Positions 32,624-43,740 of a stretch of 64,000 nucleotides of DNA are shown in pieces (positions within the stretch are counted from its first letter, which is position 1; the number at the start of each line of letters is the position of its first letter). The DNA is taken from the NCBI GenBank assembly GCA_000004985.1, contig GG738901.1; one strand, given 5' to 3'. The translations under genes were made by a program, and so were the position numbers. The DNA comes from Naegleria gruberi. Lineage: Eukaryota. Below the pieces are notes generated by a model. That model had not been told where the DNA came from and made no database searches. It worked only from the letters and a program-made list of their open reading frames with translations.

Positions 32624-35600
32624 ATGTTGAACAATAAATCTGAGCGAAGTGGTGATGAAAAAGAGGAGGATCTTGTGATTCAGAATCCCTCTAACTGTAA
32701 ATGTAATAATCACAACAATGGTAAGCAGCATCTTGAAGGGACAAATTTAATGCAACAACCACAACCACTGTTGGATGATGATGTGAATGATATTCTTCAA
32801 TTATTAACAATAGAAAGTTGCAGTGGAGGTTGTAGCTTTGATTGTCTTAAATTCGAAGAGAAGGAAGCAGTCGAAGAGGATACCTGTAATCCAATGTCGC
32901 AACAACATCTTCCTTCCGATATCAAATCGGAACCAATTCTCCTACTGCTTACTGATAAGAAGGCAACATCAACAATGGATCACAACGTAAGTTATCATCA
33001 AACATGTAAATTAACGTGCCATTTGGGCGATTTGACTAATTCAGAAGTCGTATGCATCTAACAAACAAGGCGACAATTTTCATCATGAAAAAAGAACAGA
33101 CAATATCATCAACAAGAAGAACAAGGCTTCCTCATCATTAGGCAGTGCTTTTAAAGAAGATTTTGTAAATTTTGTTTCAGAATCCACAAGTTCCTCTTAC
33201 ATTCCGCAACAGCCATTCACAACATTATATTCGAAAAGAATGAAGGACGAAGAGATGGTGGAGAATAATCAATCTACTGTTAATGAAGATGGAATCAAGA
33301 CATCATCTGAAGCTAAACCAACACAATTTAACCACTCCTCACATCATCAAAGGCCTCATCATATTAACAAGGGTCTCGGAGAAGAACAACAATACAAATT
33401 TCCTTCATCTATTACACCACTTTCACTGGCCAATATTCATGCCAATGCATCGACTAACTTACTGCTAACTTCATCAACATTATTTAATTCTTCAAGTGAA
33501 TCACATGGTGGTGGAACCATTTCGAGAAGCTCCTCCAATACTTCAATGGATAGCTCCTCCTATTCACTCTTGAATAATCACCATCATCTAACCACATCTT
33601 CCTCACCCTCTGATGGTTTTCACTCAACTCTAAAATCCCTAGAAAATGTTCTCCCTCCATTCTTTACTCCATGCGTGCCACCTCATGCATCATTCAATTA
33701 CTATTCAGAACATTATTGGGGAGAACATCCCTTATCACTAACCTCCTTCTCTCCAATTCTTCATTATGAAAAGAAGTCATCTCTAACGATTATTTGTCGA
33801 TACACACCACAACAAACTAGGAATTCTCCAAGAAGGGAGAGACCTTCCTCTCAAAAAGAATTAATAGAGAATGAGATTTATTGTCTGAAAGTTTCACTGG
33901 ACAAACCATCCATTCCAAAGCTGGAAAGGGATGCAGAAATTTCTCGATTCTTGACCAATGAATTTTCTCAAGTGTTGGATCCAGCACAACAGGTTATTGT
34001 CAGTACTAAGGCCTATTTGTCTGATTATTTTATTCTCGTGAGGGAGTTTATTGATTGTGTTTCGTTGAGATCATTTATTGATAGATCGAAAACATATGCT
34101 AGAGCAGAACCAATTACTGATGAGAATTTTGAAACCTTAACAGATGATACTGTAACACTTCTCAATGAAGAACAACGAGTGAAAGAAAACATTACAATAT
34201 TGGAAAGTAATTTAACACTTGCTATTTCTATTTGTATGAGTGTTGCTCAACTGCATCACTCAAGAGTTTGTCATGCTGACATTAGGCCAGAAAATATAAT
34301 TGTAGAAGGACCTAAATGCAATATAAGATTGATTGATTTTGGAAAGAGTACATTCCTCCCTTTGGAGCATCCATTTTTATATACCGATAAAATTATTGGT
34401 AGTCAAATGTATTGTGCTCCAGAGGCAACAGGAAAGATTCCAAAACCAATAGGTTTCCACACTGATATATATTCACTTGGATTTGTTCTCTTTGAGTTAT
34501 TTTCCAAAGAACATCCATTTACCAAGTTTAGGACATTAGATTTCGTATTTCAACATTTGACTCAACAGCCAGAGTCCTTGTTTCAAAATCTAGCGAGAAG
34601 GTCTTTTATATCAGCCAATGAAGGAAACCTATTCACAGCTGCTACTAAAGCAATTTCAAGACTAATTACCAAAGCAATTCAAAAATCTATTGAGAAACGT
34701 TATTTGAGTATTTTTGGATTGAAACGAGATTTGGTCTACATACAGAATGCTATTCAACTAGAAGATATGGAAGCTCTTGAAAATTTTCAAGCTGGTATGA
34801 ATGATGTTCAAACAACTTTATCCATACCTTATGGTGTATATGGTAGAGAGGAAATTTTCAAAAAATTGGAACTGAAACTTGAAAATATGATGGAATCTAG
34901 TGAGCCAACGATTGTCCTTCTGGGGGGCTATAGTGGCATAGGTAAATCATGTATTGTTAAGGAGTTTAGGACAAGAAGTAAAACAGCAATACAATTCTTT
35001 GAGGCAAAATACGATCAACATATGAATGTACCTTACTATGCCATTATTTCCATATGTAAACAAATTATTGGCGACGTTCTTGGAGAATCTGAATCAGTGA
35101 TTAAGGATTTCAGATTCCAACTTGGTACACTTATCAATTCAGATCAATTAGAAATGTTGAGTGATGCAATTCCTGACATGTCATATTTATTTACAACTAA
35201 TGCAACCAAAAAGCATACCTCCCCATCAATGGGAGATCAGAATGGAGAGCGTATGAAGCTCTTTTCACAAGGAAGTAAGTAATATTTTGAATTTAACATT
35301 ATAACAATATTATATTGCTCAGTTATTCATCTCTTTAGTGTTTATACTCATTTAAAGAAAAAGAGGTTATGCATTTTCTTGGATGACTTGCAATGGACTG
35401 ATTTTGATAGCATGAAGCTATTGAAGGAAATTCTTGGAACTGGTTCTTGTGATACTGTTCCTCTTTTAATTATTGGAGCATATAGAAATAACGAAGTGGG
35501 AAAGGACCATCCTCTATTTTACTTTTTAGAAAATCTCAAACTTAAAGTGAACATTGAAGAAATTGAAGTTGTTGAGTTGACAGAAGATCAATCTAACATG

Positions 35601-38600
35601 ATTGTCTCAGAGTCTTTAAGGAAAAATAGAGCTGAAACAGAAGAACTAACCAAAATACTCTTCTCTAGGACGAATGGAAACCCCTTCTTTTTAAAGCAGT
35701 TATTGGCTGGTTTATTTAAGGACGGATCTATTTATTTCGATACTCAAACAGATACTATTACATGGGATAAAAAGAAAATAGAAAATGCAGAATACTCTGA
35801 AAATGTTATTGACTATCTCCTTGGACATTTGGAAAAATTACCAAAACAAACACAAGATATTCTTGCATTTGCTTCTTGCTTTGGAAATAAGTTTTCCAAT
35901 GAAGACATGCTCCACCTACTCAATCAGCAACAAGAAGAAAAGATAGACTTGATGCAACTTAAAGAAAGATTGAACTATGCGGTGAAGGAGGGATGGATTT
36001 CAAATATCAATTCTGGTAATTTACGATTTAATCATGATAGACTCCAACAAGCTGCTTATGAATCACTGCCTTTGAATGAAAGGTTGAGAATTCACTATAC
36101 CTATGGTAAGCAGCTTCTCAAAAAAGCAGAAGAAGATGATTCTTTGGAGGAACGTTTATTTGATATAGTTGTACAGTTAAATCACAAACATAATGATCCT
36201 GCTTTCTTGGAGAATAGAGATGAGAGAAGATTACTCATTGACCTCAATAATAGAGCTGCAAAGAAGGCTTTGGAAACATCATCTACAGATAAAGCCATTG
36301 GCTTTGTTTATATTGCAAGGCAAATTCTAGAACACGAACCAGACTGTTGGAGTGAAGAAACTTATAAGTTGGCTTTTGAGAGTTTACTAATTGTTGGTAA
36401 TTGTAACTATTCTGTAAATATAGAATTGGCAACCTCTCTATTCATGGAAGCTATTCAAAAAGCTCAAAACAAGACAGATCTTTATGAGGCATGCAACCAT
36501 GGATTGATGGCCTATCTTTCACAAGGAAAATATGAAGATGTGTTTAAAATTTTGACTGATCATGTATTTACTACATATGAAGAGTTGAATTTCCTTACTC
36601 AGGAGCATACTGTTGAATCCTTGACAACATGGATACTTAACAAGATGAAATACATGAAAGAACATGTGCTCGTTAATTTTACTCAAAAATCTGACATTCT
36701 CAATTTGCCAGATATTGATGATTTGGAAAAGTGGCATCTTATTTGTTTGCTCACTCAATCCTGTCCTGCTGTTTTTCATATGAATAACTCACTCAGCAAA
36801 CACTACTTTATGATTATGATATTAATATCGTCTGATATAGTTTTAAATAATGGCATTACTCCTCTTTCCCCATTGTTAATTTCAGTCTTTGCATGGTCTT
36901 GGTGTAATTTTGAGTTTTATCCTCAGATGAACATGTTCTTAGAGGCAGGATTAGAGATGGAAAAGACTAGATTCAGGAATGAGCATGAATTGGCAAGTTG
37001 CACATTGATGAAGTTGATGAGTTATTACTTTTCGCCAACAATTAACCCTCTTGAGGTGTGGAATATATCCGAGGAAGCCTTCTTATTGTCTGTGAAATCA
37101 AAGAACAAACACTATGGCGGTTTCTCTATTCTGTGGTATCCATTCCATCACTTATTCTATAGCCACGGAGATGTAAAGACTTCTATTGGATTGAGCTTGA
37201 ATTCAATTGAGATTTTCAAGAGAAATGGAAATGTTATGTTGATGGATGCCAGTAAAATGATACTGGAATTGAAATATGTTCTTTCAGGAGATGTAGACCA
37301 TTACCTGCCAACGTATGTAAGCCAAGTGAAGGAATATCCATTCTTTAGACAAATGCACTACTCGTTCAAGGGAATTTCACTCTATTTCCAAAATGATATT
37401 GAAAAATCTTTCAAGTGTATGGAAAAATCGTATGATTTTAGAGAAGACTCTGTTGGTATGTGTTCAAGCTGGATTGATTTAATCTTCCTAGGTTTAATCT
37501 CAGCTATCTTTTTGAGAAGTGCTCAAGAAAAGATTGAAAAAGCCCAAGAAATACTGAAATATTCTATAGAAAGATTGGAAATGATTTCCCAAGCTAATTC
37601 TTCTGTTTTTCTTGCTCCTTTGGAGTTCATAAGAGCCGAGACATTGTACTCAGAATATTGTAGAACAGGTGTCGAAAATACTAGAAAAATCATTTCTCAC
37701 TACAGAAAGAGTTATATTATGGCTGAAAAGGAAAGAAACACCTTTTTAGCTAGGCTGATTAATTTGAGAACAGGAGAGTTTTACAACAGTCTAGGTATGG
37801 ATGATGGTATTAGTGGAAACTACTTCCTTAGAGCTATGGAATCTTTTGAACAGTTTGGTGCTTCCATCGTTGTTGATTATATTTTGGAGAATTATTCAGG
37901 TCACATCGATGGCTATTCATCATTTAGTAATAGAAATCCTGAACAAGTATTCTCTAACACTTCTCTATCTGATGAAACAACAGATCACTCTCTTGCTGGA
38001 GTAACAAAGAGCAGAATTTCTGAATCAACAGAATTGGATTTTAGAGAGATTTTCATTTCAATTCTGCCAATTCTTTCAGAACAAACGTTATCACCAAGAT
38101 GTTGTTTGATTTTGAAGAGAGATTCAACAGTTTATGTAGATGCCGAATTTAATGCAGACCTGAATTCTATTGAAGCACTTTCGTCTACCAAACAATTCGA
38201 AAATAGTGATTTGGACAAATTTTCAGATTTATTCCCTCTCAAGATGATTCACAGAACTCTAAGATCCAGAACAGAGCAACAACTCGTATGGAATGACAAT
38301 GAGAAAGAGTATTACTTTGTGAAGAATGTAGTGGCCTCTGCTTTATCTATTCCTATCATGAAGAAAAAGACAGTCATAGGTATGCTTTTTATTATTATTT
38401 TATTTATATTATTTAATGTATTAAGGTTGTATATACTTGGAAAATAAGGAAACGAAGGATGTATTCACAACTGAAAAAATTAACCTTGCCAAACTTATCA
38501 TCTCGATCAGTTTGGACAATGCTGGAATTTTCACATCTATTAACAAATCCTATGCTAGGTTTTTACCTGCTGAATTCTTAAAGTTGCTTGGAAAGAGTCA

Positions 38601-39423
38601 CGTAACTAAGGTAAGGTTGGGCGATGCAGTTTCTAGAGAAATGACAGTGCTCTTCAGTGATATTTATGGATTTACAGAGATTATGGAGGGACTTTCTGCA
38701 AAGGATGGCTTTGCTTTTATTAATCTACTATTGAAGAGTATTGCACCTCCAATTTCAAGAAACTCTGGATTTATTGACAAGTTTGTTGGTGATGGAATAT
38801 TGGCATTGTTTATTGAACCGCAAGGAGCTGTCACTGCAGCTTTAGAAATGATTTCAGAATTGGAAGTTTTCAATAGTAGAAATAATACCAATGTAAAGTT
38901 GGGAGTTGGTTTGCATCATGGTATTGTTCAACTTGGTACGATTGGATATGAGCAACGATTGGATGCTACTGTTATTTCAGATACTGTGAACACAGCTAGC
39001 AGATGTGAATCTCTCACAAGAACTTTTCATTCACATATTCTAGTTACTAAACCAGTTATGGATGCTGTTACAGTGCCACACAGTGTGATAAGTACCGAGT
39101 TGGGTAAATTCATGCTGAAAGGAAAACACATACCTCATCAAATTTACAATATCGCTTCTAAATCATGGAAAGGAAGTGGTAGTGCTAAAGAATTCGCTTT
39201 ACTAAGCAAAGTTATTGATCTCTTCTCCAGGAGTGAATTTACCGAATCATTTGCCCTCGCAGAAACAATTCTCAAGAATACAAAGAACAATACCATTATA
39301 GCTGCATGCAACATGTATAAGGAAGCATCAACATTATACGGATCAGTTGTTTTACCAAGTGAATGGCAAGGTGAAATTCGGTTGACCAAGGATGGAGAAG
39401 TCAGAGAGTACTTTTCAAAATAA
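32624..39423 (+). CDS. Multidomain signalling protein: Ser/Thr kinase-like domain, AAA/STAND-type P-loop NTPase, helical/TPR-like region, GAF-like domain, class III adenylyl/guanylyl cyclase (4 exons, 2,215 aa)
   Basis: Exons are 32624-32986, 33045-35274, 35323-38379 and 38426-39423. The introns are 58, 48 and 46 nt (GTAAGT, GTAAGT and GTATGC ... AG), and the total is 6648 nt. Kinase strings are VCHADIRPENIIV, IDFGKS and MYCAPE. The P-loop is LLGGYSGIGKSCIV and the Walker B is LCIFLDDLQWTD. The GAF end, restored by splicing, is TVIGCIYLENKETKDVFTTEKINLAKLIISISLDNA. Cyclase strings are MTVLFSDIYGFTE, IDKFVGDGILALF and ISDTVNTASRCES. Confidence 0.85.
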
Positions 39424-39582
39424 ATGAGAGATTTCAGATAAATGAAAATTAATTTTCAACAAGCAATCCATCAAACCATTCAGAATCCAATTTAAATATA
39501 AATGGAAATTATCACATTGTACAACAATTAGCATATTAGTCACCTCATCCCAATAAATCACAACAAACCAAATTGAAAAAAA

Positions 39583-42039
39583 ATGAAAAAACGACATTCA
39601 ACCTTTTCCACCACAATCAATCATCGAGATTTGATTAAATCATCTAATTTTAATTCATTATCTACTAGTAATATTCAATCATCATCATCACCAATATTGA
39701 GCACTACTTCTAGAAAAGGCTTCCGAGAACGACCACTCATCAAATTCATATTAAAACAACGTTCCAAACGATTGCAACAACAAGGCTCTAGTGAGTTTGC
39801 TGGTGCGGAAGTGGAAATTTTGAAGGCTTGTTGGAGAAAAATAGAGGAAGAGGAGATGAAGGACTATCGAGAAAATCTCTCGAATCGATTGGGGTTTTAT
39901 TTTGATGATGAGGAATTGTTGGCCATGTTCGGAAATCAATTGATGAAGGATGAAGAGGAACTACAGCAGAGGACGACAATGGATACTACCAACACTGAAC
40001 CAAGTTCGGCTGGTGGTGCTACTCTTGACAATTCTTCACTGAAGAGTGGTGACAGTGCTCGTTCATTGACAAGTTTCGGATCTGACTCGAAACTAAATTC
40101 GCCAATTAGTCCCAACCTCGACAAGAAGCATTTGCAGTCAACTTCATCGACCAAAAGCTCCACTTCATTTGCATCCTTCTCTGGTGCACCATCATCACTC
40201 ACACCAAGCCCAAACATTGAGGAGAACAAAAATCTTTCCTACCTCTACGATATTCATACTTTTCCTAGCAAGCTGAATCTGATACCAACCATGCATTATA
40301 ATGTGTTGGATGTTGTTGAGTTGTCCTCTGTACAGCAAATTGTAAATATAACAAGTCCTTCTTCGGAGATTGGGATACTTAAAGATTGTACAAATGATTC
40401 TTCTCCTACTGTAAATATTGAATCAACCACTTTTAGTCTCGAGATTTTAGATAGTTTTATTACTGTTGATTCTTTTGAAGATTTTTCAAATCCTTCATAT
40501 AATCCACTCAATATTAGACATTTATATTGTGATTATTGGTCCAACAAACTAGAATTCAAACAAAGGATCAGTAAATCTTCTCTTACTTCAAACAATAAGA
40601 AGGAAAATGAAAAATCAAAAAACTATATACCATTTGAAGAATTGGAAAAATGTAGAAATTGTACAGAACTCAAATTGAACAATAACAAGATTAGATCTCT
40701 AGATTCTAAACATTTTACCAATTTTGCACACTTGACAGAATTGAATCTATCTTCGAATAGAATGTCTAAAGCAAGACTGCCTGAGGATATTTTCTCACAT
40801 ATGCCACATTTGCAGAGGCTTTCTCTCGATTATATGGGTCTTAAGACTCTACCAAAATCAATTAACAAATTGGTAGAGCTTACCTACCTTTCACTTTCCT
40901 TTAACAAATTGAACACTTTCAACTTGCTACATGGAAAAGACAGACACTTGAATGATTTTTGGCCAAAATTGACCAATTTGGAGTACTTGAATTTGTCTGG
41001 AAATAGATTGAATAGATTTCCTTCAGAAATTTGTAATTGCAAATCATTGGAATTTTTGAGTTTGTCCAACAATAGAATAATTAACGAGATACCAAAGGAA
41101 ATTGAAAATCTCAAAAAATTAGCAATACTCTTCTTGAATGGAAACAAAGTTACTGCTCTTGATATTAATAGAAATTTGGAATTTTTAGAGAATTTGACCC
41201 ATTTGGAATTGGGTCACAATCCTAATATCCATGTGGTTCCACCTCCTGTTTACAATTTAACCAAATTAGAATCACTCTGTTTGAGCCATCTAACCATTAG
41301 TCATTTATCGGATGATATTGGAAAATTAAGAAATTTGACTCACTTGGATTTGTATGGCTCCAAACTAACTGGTCTTCCAAAGGGTATTTCACAGCTTATC
41401 AACCTTAGGAATTTGGATATGCGATATTGCAGAGGTATCAAGGAGTTCCCTATTGAATTGTTTGGTCAAAAAGTTTCAAGTAGCACTATCACTACTACCT
41501 CTCCAATGAAATCCCTTACTAGATTGAGTCTTAGCTATACAATGATAGAGAGCATTCCTGAGGATATTTCCTCTCTCCAGAGTTTACAAGCACTTTTGGT
41601 GAATGACTGTCCCTTGCTCGAAGAAATTAAGGGTATTGACAAGCTTGTCAATCTTGTAGAGTTTGACATCAGTCGTTGCATCTCCCTTGTTGAGCCTCCT
41701 TCTGATGTGTGTGAGAGAGGTCTTGCCCACATTAGAGGATATCTGAAAGAAAAGGACGATGGACCTTCTATTTTTTTAAAGTTTATTGGATCAGTATTTG
41801 GTGGAAATACCTCAAATAATTCCTCCACCAACAAGAAGAAACTACCTTCACCAATAGGCACAGAAAACAACCTCAAAGTGGAACACAATGAATTACTTGT
41901 TGCCTCACCAGTACCAAGCATTAATTCTGGAGATGATGATGGTGATAGTGATTCTGATGATGAGATTGGCGCATCTAAAAAGAAGAAACCAAGTCCAAGT
42001 GGCAGTACTGTCAAGTCATTATTTTCCTTTTGGAAATAA
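39583..42039 (+). CDS. Leucine-rich repeat protein (typical/SDS22-like LRRs, SHOC2-like array) with low-complexity N-terminus
   Basis: An 818-aa ORF starts at ATG after an A-run. About 15 repeats of the form LxxLxLxxNxLxxLPxxI run from ~residue 360. The tail is acidic and basic. Confidence 0.85.
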   Translation: MKKRHSTFSTTINHRDLIKSSNFNSLSTSNIQSSSSPILSTTSRKGFRERPLIKFILKQRSKRLQQQGSSEFAGAEVEILKACWRKIEEEEMKDYRENLSNRLGFYFDDEELLAMFGNQLMKDEEELQQRTTMDTTNTEPSSAGGATLDNSSLKSGDSARSLTSFGSDSKLNSPISPNLDKKHLQSTSSTKSSTSFASFSGAPSSLTPSPNIEENKNLSYLYDIHTFPSKLNLIPTMHYNVLDVVELSSVQQIVNITSPSSEIGILKDCTNDSSPTVNIESTTFSLEILDSFITVDSFEDFSNPSYNPLNIRHLYCDYWSNKLEFKQRISKSSLTSNNKKENEKSKNYIPFEELEKCRNCTELKLNNNKIRSLDSKHFTNFAHLTELNLSSNRMSKARLPEDIFSHMPHLQRLSLDYMGLKTLPKSINKLVELTYLSLSFNKLNTFNLLHGKDRHLNDFWPKLTNLEYLNLSGNRLNRFPSEICNCKSLEFLSLSNNRIINEIPKEIENLKKLAILFLNGNKVTALDINRNLEFLENLTHLELGHNPNIHVVPPPVYNLTKLESLCLSHLTISHLSDDIGKLRNLTHLDLYGSKLTGLPKGISQLINLRNLDMRYCRGIKEFPIELFGQKVSSSTITTTSPMKSLTRLSLSYTMIESIPEDISSLQSLQALLVNDCPLLEEIKGIDKLVNLVEFDISRCISLVEPPSDVCERGLAHIRGYLKEKDDGPSIFLKFIGSVFGGNTSNNSSTNKKKLPSPIGTENNLKVEHNELLVASPVPSINSGDDDGDSDSDDEIGASKKKKPSPSGSTVKSLFSFWK

Positions 42040-42137
42040 AGTGTTGAGTAAATAAAAACTGATGAAACATTTAGACATCACCAAATATAATGTCGTTTTT
42101 TCCCGTAAATGAGAAATATTTGCATTAAGAACAAGAT

Positions 42138-42209
42138 TCCCGTGTAGTCCAATGGCTAGGATACCTGGCTTTCACCCAGGAGGTCCGGGTTCAATTCCCG
42201 GCATGGGAG
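42138..42209 (+). tRNA. tRNA-Glu(UUC): tRNA-Glu (anticodon UUC)
   Basis: The sequence is TCCCGTG TA GTCC AATGGCTA GGAT A CCTGG CTTTCAC CCAGG AGGT CCGGG TTCAATT CCCGG CATGGGA G. This is a canonical 72-nt cloverleaf with no encoded CCA. Confidence 0.92.
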
Positions 42210-42214
42210 AATCG

Positions 42215-42220
42215 TTTTTT
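42215..42220 (+). terminator. Pol III oligo-T terminator for tRNA-Glu
   Basis: A T6 run begins 6 nt after the tRNA 3' end (atcgTTTTTTattttt). Confidence 0.7.
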
Positions 42221-42271
42221 ATTTTTAAAAGTAATCTACAATGAAGTATTGTATTTTTTAAGCTTGATTCT

Positions 42272-43690
42272 TTATTCAGTACTTGGATTGTAAAATTCGT
42301 TAATGGAAGAGTGAGAAATAGATGCCACAAACTTTTCTTTGGTAATTTCATAGTACGACTCGACAGAATTATAATCTGCATCAGGATTTTTTGCTAGCAT
42401 GTTGGCATTGGTGATAAGATGATGCATTAGAGAGTCTTTCTCTATTAAATTGTCCTGAATCATTTTGTGAACCATTCCTGAACTGAAATAATTTGTTGAA
42501 TCCCATCTATTATGTGGTAACTGTGTTAAAATCTCTAAATAGAGAAGACCTCCAACAATATCCAATGTAAATATATTCTCCAACAATGACACATATTTCA
42601 CAGATAACCTTACCAGTTTTGGAAATCTGCTTCTAGTAATTCCTTGTAAAATATTCTTCTCTGCGGTATCATCTAAAAATTGAGGCATTTTGATTGTCAA
42701 ATCAATTACGTTTTGGAAAGAACAGTCCTCTAAAAATTTAACATTCGTCCAATCACTATCTCCACCTAAAATTAAGGATAGAAAAAGGACACTGTTTGGT
42801 ATTTGAAACTTTTCACTTTCCTCCTGTGATATTTCTATTGACATGGCAATAAATCTGTTTGAAAACAACAAATTATCTTTTGCATCTGAAGAGGAAACCA
42901 TCAATCCAATAGCATTGCTATTCAGAGTACTACTGAGAGATGTGAGTAAACCTAGGTTCATTAGTTGGCATTCCTCAAGAGTAGAAAACTCATTATAACT
43001 CGAATTTCTCTCACTATCAAAGTATGATATCATTTCCAATGATAAAATCAATGCCTTATGTAGAAACAACTCATAGCTGCCAAGGGAGAGGTTTTTCTCA
43101 ATCCTTTGCATCTTTTCATTGTCCACCATTAACTTGGCGAATCTATGATCAAATATCTCCTCAACATCCCAGTCGTAATATTCATTTTCCATTTGATTGA
43201 AATCTATTGTAAAACCATACGTGCTAAAAATGTTGTTTAATTCAACAATGTTGCGATATTCACTATTTACGCCCATTTCAGTTCTTTCAATCAACTTTTG
43301 TAAGTTAGCCATTTTCAACGTCTCTTCTTCATTAATATCACCCCTGGCGAGTTGAAGCCCACTATAAGAGTCATATCTTCTCAAATACAGAGTCATTTCA
43401 AATATGTTGGAAACTTTCAGCCAAAACTCTTGCATTTCCTCATCGTTTAATAATTGATCCCTAAGAGATTTAGAAACACAACAACAAACTGCATGAACTG
43501 CTCTTACCTGTGTCAATTTAATATACGAAAATAAGTATTGGTCGTAAAATCGAAAATAGACACACGGATACATTTTACCAAAGCGGCTGATAGGTCCTAG
43601 AAGATATTCAAAAATACTAAATTTCCACAGGTCTGTGGGAATATCCAACAAGGAAGAGTGTGGGTGATGGGGTTGTTGTGATGTGAACAT
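42272..43690 (-). CDS. Hypothetical protein with possible N-terminal F-box-like motif
   Basis: A 472-aa ORF starts at ATG after an A-run. The string LLDIPTDLWKFSIFEYLL lies near the N-terminus. No other domain was recognised. Confidence 0.7.
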   Translation of the reverse strand: MFTSQQPHHPHSSLLDIPTDLWKFSIFEYLLGPISRFGKMYPCVYFRFYDQYLFSYIKLTQVRAVHAVCCCVSKSLRDQLLNDEEMQEFWLKVSNIFEMTLYLRRYDSYSGLQLARGDINEEETLKMANLQKLIERTEMGVNSEYRNIVELNNIFSTYGFTIDFNQMENEYYDWDVEEIFDHRFAKLMVDNEKMQRIEKNLSLGSYELFLHKALILSLEMISYFDSERNSSYNEFSTLEECQLMNLGLLTSLSSTLNSNAIGLMVSSSDAKDNLLFSNRFIAMSIEISQEESEKFQIPNSVLFLSLILGGDSDWTNVKFLEDCSFQNVIDLTIKMPQFLDDTAEKNILQGITRSRFPKLVRLSVKYVSLLENIFTLDIVGGLLYLEILTQLPHNRWDSTNYFSSGMVHKMIQDNLIEKDSLMHHLITNANMLAKNPDADYNSVESYYEITKEKFVASISHSSINEFYNPSTE

Positions 43691-43740
43691 TTTTTTTTCA
43701 GTGTCGAACTAATCCAAAGTTCATATTTACAAAGGTGCAT

